NCBI GenBank assembly: GCA_944358775.1
Contig: CALVRU010000004.1
Span: 1-59,664, forward strand
From: an uncultured Bacilli bacterium
GTDB lineage: Bacteria > Bacillota_I > Bacilli_A > RF39 > UBA660
Length of the DNA stretch: 59,664 bases
Direction of reading: 5' to 3'
Below are positions 39,661 through 48,217 of the stretch, one piece after another. Below the pieces are notes generated by a model. That model searched no databases. It had not been told where the DNA came from and was given only the letters and a program-made list of their open reading frames with translations. Position 1 is the first letter of the stretch; every line of letters starts with the position of its first letter. The translations under genes and the position numbers were made by a program.

Positions 39661-40497
39661 ATGCAGAACATGATTTTAGTTTTAAAAGGATTTCTGATTG
39701 GAATTGCCAACATTATTCCTGGTGTCAGTGGTGGTACCTTGATGATTACCTTAGGAATTTATGAGCGAATTATCAATGCAATTAGTCACTTCTTTCATGA
39801 CTTTAAAGAGAATATTAAATTTCTAGTACCATTAGGAATCGGAATGGTTTTATCGATTCTGTTAATGAGTCAATTAATTGGAATGTGCTTAGAAAAGTTT
39901 CCATTTCCGACAACCTTGTTTTTCGTAGGTCTGATTTTAGGTGGAATTCCGCTTTTGTGGCGCAAGGTGAAGGATAGTCCTAAAAAAGTATCGCATGGGA
40001 TTATATTTGGGATTACTTTCTTATTTGTAGCAATGTTTGCTTTTTTGAAATCAGGAGATTATGTCGTTTCGTTTGAAGATATGAATATCATGTCTTATGT
40101 GTTATTGTTTGGTGTTGGCATGATTGCATCAGCGACTATGATTATTCCTGGAATCAGCGGTTCTTTCATGTTGATGTTATTAGGATATTATAAGCCGATT
40201 ATCGATACTTTACGCGGTTTGACAGAGTTCTCTTTGCTCGGACACAATTTGGCGATTTTAATTCCGTTTGGAATCGGTGTGTTAGTTGGTATTGTACTTG
40301 TCGCCAAACTAATTGAATTTTTATTAAAGAAGTTTGAAATTCCTACTTATTATGGAGTATTAGGATTTGTACTTGCATCGATGATTGCAATTATCCTTCC
40401 ATTAATCGGAACGACGATTACCATTTGGCAAGTATTATGTGCTATTTTGCTCTTTGCATTTGGGTTTGGAGTTGCCTACAAATTAGGAGGAGAATAA
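39661..40497 (+). CDS. DUF368 family undecaprenyl-phosphate translocase
   Basis: Two IIPG(V/I)SG(G/S) motifs, multi-TM. Confidence 0.9.
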   Translation: MQNMILVLKGFLIGIANIIPGVSGGTLMITLGIYERIINAISHFFHDFKENIKFLVPLGIGMVLSILLMSQLIGMCLEKFPFPTTLFFVGLILGGIPLLWRKVKDSPKKVSHGIIFGITFLFVAMFAFLKSGDYVVSFEDMNIMSYVLLFGVGMIASATMIIPGISGSFMLMLLGYYKPIIDTLRGLTEFSLLGHNLAILIPFGIGVLVGIVLVAKLIEFLLKKFEIPTYYGVLGFVLASMIAIILPLIGTTITIWQVLCAILLFAFGFGVAYKLGGE

Positions 40498-40498
40498 T

Positions 40499-41317
40499 AT
40501 GGATTTTGGAGTTATTTTATTAGCGATTATTCAAGGAATTTCCGAATTTTTACCGATTTCCTCATCGGCTCATTTAATTATCTTTCGTGATTTATTCGGC
40601 ATAGGCTCGAGCATCACGAGTGAAATGGCTTTGAATTTTGATATTGCGCTTCATTTTGGAACGCTTTTAGCAATCGGGATCTATTTCTTTAAAGATTTTA
40701 TGAAATTGATCAAAGATGGACTTACAAAAGGCCCAAAAGACAAGACTGGTAAGATATTTTGGTATTTGGTAGTTGCGACAATTCCCGCTGGTTTAGCAGG
40801 TGTTTTGTTCGAAGATGTAATTTCTGAAATGATTCGTTCGAATTTTTATATAATTGCCATCGCTTTGATCGTAATGGGAGTTATTATATATTGGATCGAT
40901 AAATATTCGAAACAAAAAAAAGAAATACGTGACATGTCTTGGAAAGATGCGATTATCATCGGTTGTAGTCAAGTAGCCGCTTTAATTCCAGGATTTTCAC
41001 GAAGTGGAACGACAATTGCTGCTGGTCGTGCATTGAATTTAAAACGAGAAGATGCTGCGAAATTTTCTTTTTACTTATCGGCTCCGGTCGTACTAGGAGC
41101 AGTTATAGTACAATTATTAAAAGGTGATACAATTTCGGTAATCACTGCCAATATAGCTCCTTTTGTCATTGGCGTTTTGGTATCTTTTATTGCCGGTTTA
41201 CTTTGTATTGAATTTTTGTTAAAATATTTGAAAAAACATGATTTTAAAATATTTATGTGGTATCGAGTATTATTAGGTATCGTCATAATTTTATGGACTT
41301 TATTTCTCCATTCGTAA
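40499..41317 (+). CDS. uppP: Undecaprenyl-diphosphate phosphatase
   Basis: QGISEFLPISSSAHL and PGFSRSGTTI motifs. Confidence 0.96.
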   Translation: MDFGVILLAIIQGISEFLPISSSAHLIIFRDLFGIGSSITSEMALNFDIALHFGTLLAIGIYFFKDFMKLIKDGLTKGPKDKTGKIFWYLVVATIPAGLAGVLFEDVISEMIRSNFYIIAIALIVMGVIIYWIDKYSKQKKEIRDMSWKDAIIIGCSQVAALIPGFSRSGTTIAAGRALNLKREDAAKFSFYLSAPVVLGAVIVQLLKGDTISVITANIAPFVIGVLVSFIAGLLCIEFLLKYLKKHDFKIFMWYRVLLGIVIILWTLFLHS

Positions 41318-41329
41318 GGAAGTGATAAT

Positions 41330-42076
41330 ATGGGTCTTATCTTGACATTAGTCCTTGGTCTGTTCATCATTTTAGGAGCAGGAATTGTTTTTTTAACAAA
41401 GAATAATCAGAAATTTATCCAGTTTTCGATCAGTTTAGCATTCAGCGTCATGGTTATGCTTATTTTGGTAGATTTATTACCAGAAGCTTGGGAATGTCTC
41501 GGACAAGAACAAACCATGTGGTCGACGATTTTGATTTTAGGAATCTGTATCGTGGTAGGTTTTGTCATTTTATTAGGACTCGATCAATTTATTCCCGATC
41601 ATGAAGAGAAAAAAGGAAAACAAGAAGAACAAAATCATATGAAACATATCGGTCTTGTATCGAGTATTGCCTTGGTGATTCATAATTTGATGGAAGGAAT
41701 GGCGATTAGTTTGCTAGTGACGAATGACTTACGGGCCGGCTTATTAGCGGGAATTGGCGTAGGTCTTCATAACATTCCACTTGGTATGGTAATTGCTTCA
41801 ACCTTCTACGAGAGCAATCATAGTATCAAAAAAACAATGTGGATTATCCTTGGTATTTCTCTTTCTACTTTTGTAGGGGGAATGTTTCCCTTCTTATTCG
41901 AGACGAAAATCCCAGAAATAATCGAAGGAATTTTCTTTGGTATTACGATCGGTATGCTTCTTTATATCGTCATTATGGAGTTATTACCACAAGTACTACA
42001 TACGAAAGAGAAGAAAGTGACTTGGACGGGAATTGCTCTAGGAGTTGTTTTATTACTATTGACATTATTTTTGTAA
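41330..42076 (+). CDS. ZIP family metal transporter
   Basis: HNLMEG and HNIPLG motifs (the second Glu is replaced by Leu), 8 TMs. Confidence 0.88.
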   Translation: MGLILTLVLGLFIILGAGIVFLTKNNQKFIQFSISLAFSVMVMLILVDLLPEAWECLGQEQTMWSTILILGICIVVGFVILLGLDQFIPDHEEKKGKQEEQNHMKHIGLVSSIALVIHNLMEGMAISLLVTNDLRAGLLAGIGVGLHNIPLGMVIASTFYESNHSIKKTMWIILGISLSTFVGGMFPFLFETKIPEIIEGIFFGITIGMLLYIVIMELLPQVLHTKEKKVTWTGIALGVVLLLLTLFL

Positions 42077-42189
42077 AAGAAGAGTCTTCTTCTTTTTTTG
42101 TTTGCTAGTTGCATACAAAAAGGGTTGTTTCAATCAAAAGTTATGCTATAATGAGTTTAAGTAGGGCGTATCATAATTTGGGAGGAAAA

Positions 42190-42636
42190 ATGAAATATTT
42201 AAAAATAACAATGGTGTTATTCGTCATGGCGTTATGTCTGGGGACGATCGGCGTGGATGCCACGCAATATACGCAGCTGACGGATGTCAAGATTTCAGCT
42301 TTCGGAGGAGTATTTGTCAGTGAGCAAGTAGATAAGGGTGATGATAATTTTTATACACAAAAGGTAAAGAAAACAGCAGCTCGTGATGATTGGAGTGGTG
42401 ATGGTCGAGCGATCGAAGGGAGTATTCGTGGTTATTTTGCAGGACATTTTGAACCGACAGGTTGGCAAAATCTCCCTTTAAACAGTATTGTCGATTTTGG
42501 TGATACGACGAAGACACACGGAGCTTATCAACTTCAACTAAAATCGACCAAATGGTTGCCGACAACAGCCACAGCTTCCTTCGACTGGGATCTAGGAACG
42601 ATTGATTATAGCCCATATCCGGTTGTCGGTTGGTAA
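42190..42636 (+). CDS. Secreted hypothetical protein heading an ABC module
   Basis: ATG 42190 after GGGAGG; Sec-type leader ending VDA; TGcTATAAT promoter at 42144-42152. Confidence 0.8.
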   Translation: MKYLKITMVLFVMALCLGTIGVDATQYTQLTDVKISAFGGVFVSEQVDKGDDNFYTQKVKKTAARDDWSGDGRAIEGSIRGYFAGHFEPTGWQNLPLNSIVDFGDTTKTHGAYQLQLKSTKWLPTTATASFDWDLGTIDYSPYPVVGW

Positions 42637-42649
42637 AAAAACAAATAGC

Positions 42650-42681
42650 AGTAAAAGTGTAGTAAAATTGTAGTACAAAAG
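42650..42681 (+). repeat. Three tandem ~11-bp direct repeats
   Basis: AGTAAAAGTGT / AGTAAAATTGT / AGTACAAAAG. Confidence 0.6.
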
Positions 42682-42717
42682 ATACGTCCTACCAAATAAA
42701 TAAAAAAGGAGTAATCT

Positions 42718-43671
42718 ATGTGGAAAACAATCAAATTACATAAATTTTTCATACTTGCTATCATCATCGTTTTATGCTTAATTGGGCATTCGTTTTTTTC
42801 TTATTTTAATGAATACTATTATGAACCAGCGAAAGGATATCATCGAATTAAAGAGATTTGTTATGAACAGCAAGACTGGGATCATCCGTACTGTGAGAAT
42901 TTTGCACACAACAAAGATCATTTAGAAGAATGGTTGGAAAGTCATGATCCCAGTAAAGAGTTTGAGCAATTAGATGTAATTACTCTTACTAGTATTATTG
43001 TCGAACATTATTCTTTTGCAAGTTTACAATATTTTTCACCATTAATTATTGCGATTGCCGTAGCGGGTATGTTTCATTCCCATTTGAAAAGTGGTATGTT
43101 TGAAAATTATCTATTACGAATGGACTATAAAAAGTATTTGCGAAAAATATATCGCATATCGCTAAAAGCTTCCTTAATTATGCCGGTTGCTTTAATTGTT
43201 ATTTTTTTGATTTCTTGTCTGATTACTGGTTTTAATTTTGATACAAGTTCGGTCAATTCAAACATGAGTGTCTATTCTGCGTGGAAGTATGAACATTTCT
43301 TCTTATACGGAGCAATGATATGTCTGATTCAAGTTTTTATGAGTTTGGTATATGCCAATATAACATTATATTGTTGTCGAAAAAACAAGAATTTATTAGT
43401 GGCGATCGTTATGTCGTATATCTTCTTTTTAGTGCTAGATCTATTTGTTTATCTTGTATTATATTCTTTGATTTTAAATCGAATCTTCGGTATCAAAGAA
43501 TTAACGGATTATTTTAACATTGCTGGATATTGGTTTTTTAAAGAAGACAGTAATGGTACGATTCCTCTTATCGTAGCATTTTCATTACAATTAGTCTCAT
43601 TTTTGGGACTTCACCAAATCTTCAAACGGAAGGAACGGCTGGTTTTAGAGTATGAAAAACAAGTATCGTAA
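42718..43671 (+). CDS. ABC-type permease-like membrane protein
   Basis: N-terminal TM, extracellular loop, ~5-6 further TMs; operon with an ATPase. Confidence 0.7.
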   Translation: MWKTIKLHKFFILAIIIVLCLIGHSFFSYFNEYYYEPAKGYHRIKEICYEQQDWDHPYCENFAHNKDHLEEWLESHDPSKEFEQLDVITLTSIIVEHYSFASLQYFSPLIIAIAVAGMFHSHLKSGMFENYLLRMDYKKYLRKIYRISLKASLIMPVALIVIFLISCLITGFNFDTSSVNSNMSVYSAWKYEHFFLYGAMICLIQVFMSLVYANITLYCCRKNKNLLVAIVMSYIFFLVLDLFVYLVLYSLILNRIFGIKELTDYFNIAGYWFFKEDSNGTIPLIVAFSLQLVSFLGLHQIFKRKERLVLEYEKQVS

Positions 43672-44404
43672 TGAATGGAAAATGATCCAATATATTCTTT
43701 CGACAGAACGCTATAAATTCATATTTATTTTATCAATTCTGTTATCCTTGTATGGTGGCTTTGTTTTAGGAGTACCAAGAGAAAATTTTATTGATTCGCT
43801 TTTGAAGCCGTTCACGTTCTATTTCTTTAGCATTTTCTTTTTTGCCCTTGCATTCATCAATAATATGAATGTATGTGCAATTTTAAAAGAAGATTTTCCA
43901 TATTATGTTTTACGCTTAAAAACAAAAAAGGAATACGTCAAAATGGTGATTCGCTTATCGATTATGCTATTTTTCATTTGTTTCATCGTAGTGCTCGCAT
44001 TCTTGCTCATGTGTCTGTTTTTAACAACTTTTCATAATATCGAAATTAGTCCTTATAAGACGTATTCCATTACGAACTTATCTTACTGCCTTTTTCACTT
44101 TCTTCGTTATTTTCTCTATGGAATGCTATTAATCGTTATTTCGTCTTTACTTTATATCAATACCAATACGAAGATTGTAATTGGATATGCAGCACTTATA
44201 TTAGCTTTCATCTTTGTGAATAATGTGAGTATCTCTTTCGTGAATATTGCGCCTTATTTTGCAACAAGCTATTTTTCACAAGTCAATTTTTCTTCTTTTT
44301 CAATCGAAGTGATATGGTCTCTTGGCGTTTTAATTGCTCTCGAAGTAATCGTTCTTCTTCTTTATCGAATTACAATAAAAAATAAAAGGATTGAGGTATT
44401 ATGA
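43652..44404 (+). CDS. ABC-type permease-like membrane protein
   Basis: ~6 TMs; overlaps its neighbours. Confidence 0.7.
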   Translation: MKNKYRNEWKMIQYILSTERYKFIFILSILLSLYGGFVLGVPRENFIDSLLKPFTFYFFSIFFFALAFINNMNVCAILKEDFPYYVLRLKTKKEYVKMVIRLSIMLFFICFIVVLAFLLMCLFLTTFHNIEISPYKTYSITNLSYCLFHFLRYFLYGMLLIVISSLLYINTNTKIVIGYAALILAFIFVNNVSISFVNIAPYFATSYFSQVNFSSFSIEVIWSLGVLIALEVIVLLLYRITIKNKRIEVL

Positions 44405-45084
44405 AGTATATTCTATACAAAGATTTTTCTTATTTCATTCATAACCGTAAGTTTATTTTATTTCTCATTTGGCTCGTCCCCCTTTTAACCGTATTCCTTT
44501 ACTTACCAAGTAATACTACGACACTATATGTATTACAAGTAGGTTTAGGATCTATATTGGAAATACAATTTGAAAATATATTATTATTACTGATGTACTT
44601 ATTCAACGTTTTTAGTTTTATTTATTTTATCATTGAACTTTTTAGCAATGATTTCGATGAATATTTAGAAAATATCTTTTTACGAATCGATGCGACAACC
44701 TATCTTCGAAAGAAAACACTGTCTTTTCTCATTCTATATTTTGGTGTAAAAATAATTCAGTATGCGTTTCTATTAACGTTCGAATTCGTTCTTACTAGTT
44801 CCGGTAGTCTAGATTGGAATATCTTACTACTATTTGTCAGTGATTTCATCTATATTTTATTTTTACAGACGATAGTCTTACTTGTTTACTTCGTATATTT
44901 ATTAAGCAAGAAAAAAATGTCTCTCTTGGTTGTCTTAGCTCTCTTACTAGGCGTGTTGATTCCTAAAAATGTATGGAATCTACGTCATGATCTAATCGTT
45001 CTCAGTTTAATTGTTTTATTGATATATAGTGTCATCTATTTGTTGTTTCGCAAAAATGTAAAATGCTTAATGGAAAATGTATAG
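44401..45084 (+). CDS. ABC-type permease-like membrane protein
   Basis: ~6 TMs; 4-nt overlap with the previous gene. Confidence 0.7.
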   Translation: MKYILYKDFSYFIHNRKFILFLIWLVPLLTVFLYLPSNTTTLYVLQVGLGSILEIQFENILLLLMYLFNVFSFIYFIIELFSNDFDEYLENIFLRIDATTYLRKKTLSFLILYFGVKIIQYAFLLTFEFVLTSSGSLDWNILLLFVSDFIYILFLQTIVLLVYFVYLLSKKKMSLLVVLALLLGVLIPKNVWNLRHDLIVLSLIVLLIYSVIYLLFRKNVKCLMENV

Positions 45085-45093
45085 GAGGATTTT

Positions 45094-45735
45094 ATGAAAT
45101 TAGAAATAAAAAATTTAGAGAAAAAGTTTGGCAAAAACACGATTCTCAAAGATGTTAATTTGACTTTTACCGACGGCAAAATCTATGGCTTCGTCGGCCG
45201 TAATGGTTCTGGAAAAAGTGTTTTTTTAAAACTGATCTGTGGTTTTTATACACCGACCAGTGGCGAGATTTTATTGGATGGAGTAAACTATACTCTTTCC
45301 AATGCATTTCCAGAAAATACGCGGGCTTTAATTGAAAAACCAAAATTTTTACCAGATTTAACGGGATATGAAAATTTAGAGTTATTAGCATCTCTGCAAA
45401 ATAAAATCGGTCAAAAAGAAATCGAAGAAACATTGAAAAAATTAAATCTTTTCGAAGAAAAAGATAAAAAATATAGTAAATATTCGTTAGGCATGAAACA
45501 GAAACTGGGAATTGCGCAAGTGCTAATGGAAGATCCCCAATTGATGATTTTTGATGAACCTTTTAATGGCGTGGAAAATGAGACAGCAGCGAACATTCGC
45601 GAGTTGTTATTGCAAGAAAAAAAGAAGAAAAAGATCATCTTGATTGCTTCGCATATCAAAGAAGATATCACTTCTTTAGCGGATGTAGTATACGAGTTTG
45701 ATGGAGGAAAAATCCAAGAAATTACGAAAAAATAG
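45094..45735 (+). CDS. ABC transporter ATP-binding protein
   Basis: GRNGSGKS, YSLGMKQK, DEPFNG, ASH. Confidence 0.95.
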   Translation: MKLEIKNLEKKFGKNTILKDVNLTFTDGKIYGFVGRNGSGKSVFLKLICGFYTPTSGEILLDGVNYTLSNAFPENTRALIEKPKFLPDLTGYENLELLASLQNKIGQKEIEETLKKLNLFEEKDKKYSKYSLGMKQKLGIAQVLMEDPQLMIFDEPFNGVENETAANIRELLLQEKKKKKIILIASHIKEDITSLADVVYEFDGGKIQEITKK

Positions 45736-45767
45736 ATCGATAATTGAAATATAGAAATAGAAACAAT

Positions 45768-45800
45768 AAGGTAAATTTACGAATTTACCTTTTTCTTTTT
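45768..45800 (+). terminator. Intrinsic terminator after the ABC module
   Basis: AAGGTAAATT-tacg-AATTTACCTT plus T-run. Confidence 0.8.
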
Positions 45801-45842
45801 GGCTTTTTATAAAATAATTGGTATAATAAAAATAGTGATCCT

Positions 45843-46026
45843 ATGAAAGAAAAAAAGAAATGAATACAAATACTTTTTTCATGGCAGGCGAGTACTTATT
45901 TTAGAAGTAGCTTTGTTAATTTTGATGTTAGTCGTTGTGACTAGTACGACTTATGCAATCTATATGGTGGAGTTGCAAGGGAAAGAGAAAAAGAATATCT
46001 TTGCTTTTTATTTTGAACTTTTGTGA
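45843..46026 (+). pseudogene. Orphan, frameshifted N-terminal leader stub of a surface protein
   Basis: TG-g-TATAAT at 45819-45827. Removing one A from A7 (45850-45856) gives MKEKRNEYKYFFHGRRVLILEVALLILMLVVVTSTTYA/IYMVELQGKEKKN, which then runs into the next promoter. Confidence 0.5.
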
Positions 46027-46050
46027 TATACTAACGACAGGAGTGAAACT

Positions 46051-46878
46051 ATGTTTTATAATATTTGTTATTATTTTTTAATCTTTTTCGGTTATTCGGT
46101 CCTTGGTTGGTGTGTCGAGACAATAGCTGTTAGTTTTATAAAAAAGAAAATGATTTGGAATCGTGGTTTTTTAATTGGACCATATTGTCCAATTTATGGT
46201 TGGTCCGCTTTATTTATGGTAGTAACACTACAAGAATATTACTATGATCCAATTGTTCTTTTCATTTTAGCGTGTGTTGGGGCCACCGTAATCGAATACA
46301 TAACTAGCTTTGTAATGGAAAAAATGTTTAATGCAAGATGGTGGGATTATTCGGATAAAAAATTTAATATCAATGGCCGTGTTTGTTTAGAAAATGCAAT
46401 TCTTTTTGGGTTACTAGGAGTAATTTTGATTTATTTTGTTCATCCTGTTTACTCACAGGGATTATCAATGATGCCGATTACTGCTTTAGAAGCACTGGCA
46501 ATTGTTTTATTTGTAATTTTTTTAATCGACAATATTATTTCTTTTAATGTCGTTTCTAAATTAAAATTAGATACAAAAATATTACAAGACTCGACTGCTG
46601 AAATTAATGCCGCGGTGCGAGCTCAGTTACGAAAGGGAAGATTCTTTACGAAACGTCTTTTGAATGCGTTCCCTTCTTTAAAAACCAATTATGGAGATGC
46701 CATTATTGATCGGCTACGCAAAATATTAGATTCGATCGACTTTCATATTCAAAAAGAACGAGATAAAGCCAAACGAAAAGCAGAGCAGCAAAAAGAGAAA
46801 ATAAAAAAACAAAAACAGAAAATGGAAGTCAAAAAAAAAAAGAAAAAACAAGAAAATAAGAAAAAAAAGAAAATTTGA
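46051..46878 (+). CDS. Putative ABC transporter permease (DUF1113/CmpB-like)
   Basis: YSVLGW.VE, RGFLIGPYCPIYG, EY, RWWDYS...NINGRVCL; Lys-rich tail. Confidence 0.85.
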   Translation: MFYNICYYFLIFFGYSVLGWCVETIAVSFIKKKMIWNRGFLIGPYCPIYGWSALFMVVTLQEYYYDPIVLFILACVGATVIEYITSFVMEKMFNARWWDYSDKKFNINGRVCLENAILFGLLGVILIYFVHPVYSQGLSMMPITALEALAIVLFVIFLIDNIISFNVVSKLKLDTKILQDSTAEINAAVRAQLRKGRFFTKRLLNAFPSLKTNYGDAIIDRLRKILDSIDFHIQKERDKAKRKAEQQKEKIKKQKQKMEVKKKKKKQENKKKKKI

Positions 46879-46906
46879 ATAAAAGCAATCTCCTCTTCTC
46901 ACAATA
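46877..46906 (+). promoter_or_regulatory. SigG-like (forespore) promoter
   Basis: GAATA-18 nt-CACAATA upstream of a coat-F-type gene pair. Confidence 0.5.
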
Positions 46907-46927
46907 GTGATGAAAGGAGATTTTTTT

Positions 46928-47146
46928 ATGGAACAAGTACCAAACATTATTTCAACCAAAGACTTTGCATACATCAGTGATATGTTCGAATGGAATTTTA
47001 ATGCCAGTAAACAGTTATCTTGCTTCGCCCAACAAGTAAAGACCGAAGAATTCAAGCAATTATTGAGCGATCTTGCAAGTATGCATAGTCAGCATTGTCA
47101 TTTTTTATTAAATCTATTACAAGGAGGATATCCCGATGAACAATAA
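46928..47146 (+). CDS. Small spore-associated protein (YuzM-like)
   Basis: PNIISTKD..YISDMF.WN...H..H pattern; ATG 46928 after AAAGGAG; precedes a Coat F gene. Confidence 0.65.
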   Translation: MEQVPNIISTKDFAYISDMFEWNFNASKQLSCFAQQVKTEEFKQLLSDLASMHSQHCHFLLNLLQGGYPDEQ

Positions 47147-47453
47147 AAAAATTCAAAATCCAAAAACGGAAGTCGAAGCAACAAAAGAGATGAATGATAA
47201 AGATTATTTAAATGTTGCCCTAGAATTAGAAAAAAACATGTCGAATAATTACTCGATTGCCTTAAATGAAGCGAGTAATGATCAATTATACAACGATTAC
47301 TTCGATATGTTTGAAAATACGAAAGATGCTGCCCGAGAAGTATACGAGGTCATGTTTCAAAATGGATGGTATTCTTTAGAAGAAGAAGACAGTAATAAAA
47401 TCAACCAAAAAATCGATGAAATGACACAACAATTAAAGGAGTTACCAGAATAG
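47136..47453 (+). CDS. Spore coat protein F-domain protein (YusN-like)
   Basis: MNDKDYL...EK.M...Y..ALNEASN..L...MFQNGWY Coat_F pattern. Confidence 0.8.
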   Translation: MNNKKIQNPKTEVEATKEMNDKDYLNVALELEKNMSNNYSIALNEASNDQLYNDYFDMFENTKDAAREVYEVMFQNGWYSLEEEDSNKINQKIDEMTQQLKELPE

Positions 47454-47536
47454 GATGGTCGTCATCCTTTTTTTGTGACTTTTTTTTCATTTTCTTTTCA
47501 AATTTTATCGGTATAATAGAATTATGGTGATGTTAT

Positions 47537-48217
47537 ATGAAAGAAATATTAATTGTCGAAGATGATAAAACGATTTCGTTAGGGCTAGAGTATTATCTAA
47601 CTCAGGAGGGATTTGGTGTTGACGTAGCCTCTACTTGTCGTGAAACCCTCACCAGACTACAAACCCAAAATTATGATATTTTATTGTTAGATTGTGGCTT
47701 GCCAGATGGAAGTGGTTTCGATCTATTTCAAGAAATTCGCAAAATATCGACAGTTCCCATTATTTTTTTGACAGCCATCGATGATGAGGTAAGTATTGTG
47801 ATGGGACTTGATATGGGAGCGGATGATTACATTACCAAACCATTCAAAGCCCGTGAGTTGTTGTCGCGAATAAAAAATGTGTTAAGAAGAAGCAATTCGA
47901 AGAATGCAAGTAATGTGATTCATATTAAAAATCTGACGATCGACACATTACAAGCAAAAGTATTGAAAAACGGTGTTGATGTAATGTTGACTGCCTTGGA
48001 ATATAAAATATTGCTCATTTTGGCCTTTAATCCGAATCGGGTCTTTACAAGAGAAGAAATCTTAGCAGATATTTGGGATGTAAATGAAGAATATGTCAAC
48101 GATAATACATTGACGGTGTACATCAAACGGCTACGTGAAAAAATAGAAGATGACAAAGACCATCCCCAAATTATTCAAACGGTTCGTGGAATTGGGTATA
48201 AGGTGGTGAAAGAATGA
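47537..48217 (+). CDS. OmpR-family response regulator
   Basis: VEDD, LLDCGLPDG, GADDYITKPF, TVRGIGY. Confidence 0.95.
   Translation: MKEILIVEDDKTISLGLEYYLTQEGFGVDVASTCRETLTRLQTQNYDILLLDCGLPDGSGFDLFQEIRKISTVPIIFLTAIDDEVSIVMGLDMGADDYITKPFKARELLSRIKNVLRRSNSKNASNVIHIKNLTIDTLQAKVLKNGVDVMLTALEYKILLILAFNPNRVFTREEILADIWDVNEEYVNDNTLTVYIKRLREKIEDDKDHPQIIQTVRGIGYKVVKE

Noticed and set aside
46780-46878. Long A-runs at the 3' end of the DUF1113 gene as a phase-variation tract
   Set aside because: They encode a terminal Lys-rich tail, so slippage would change only the last residues.
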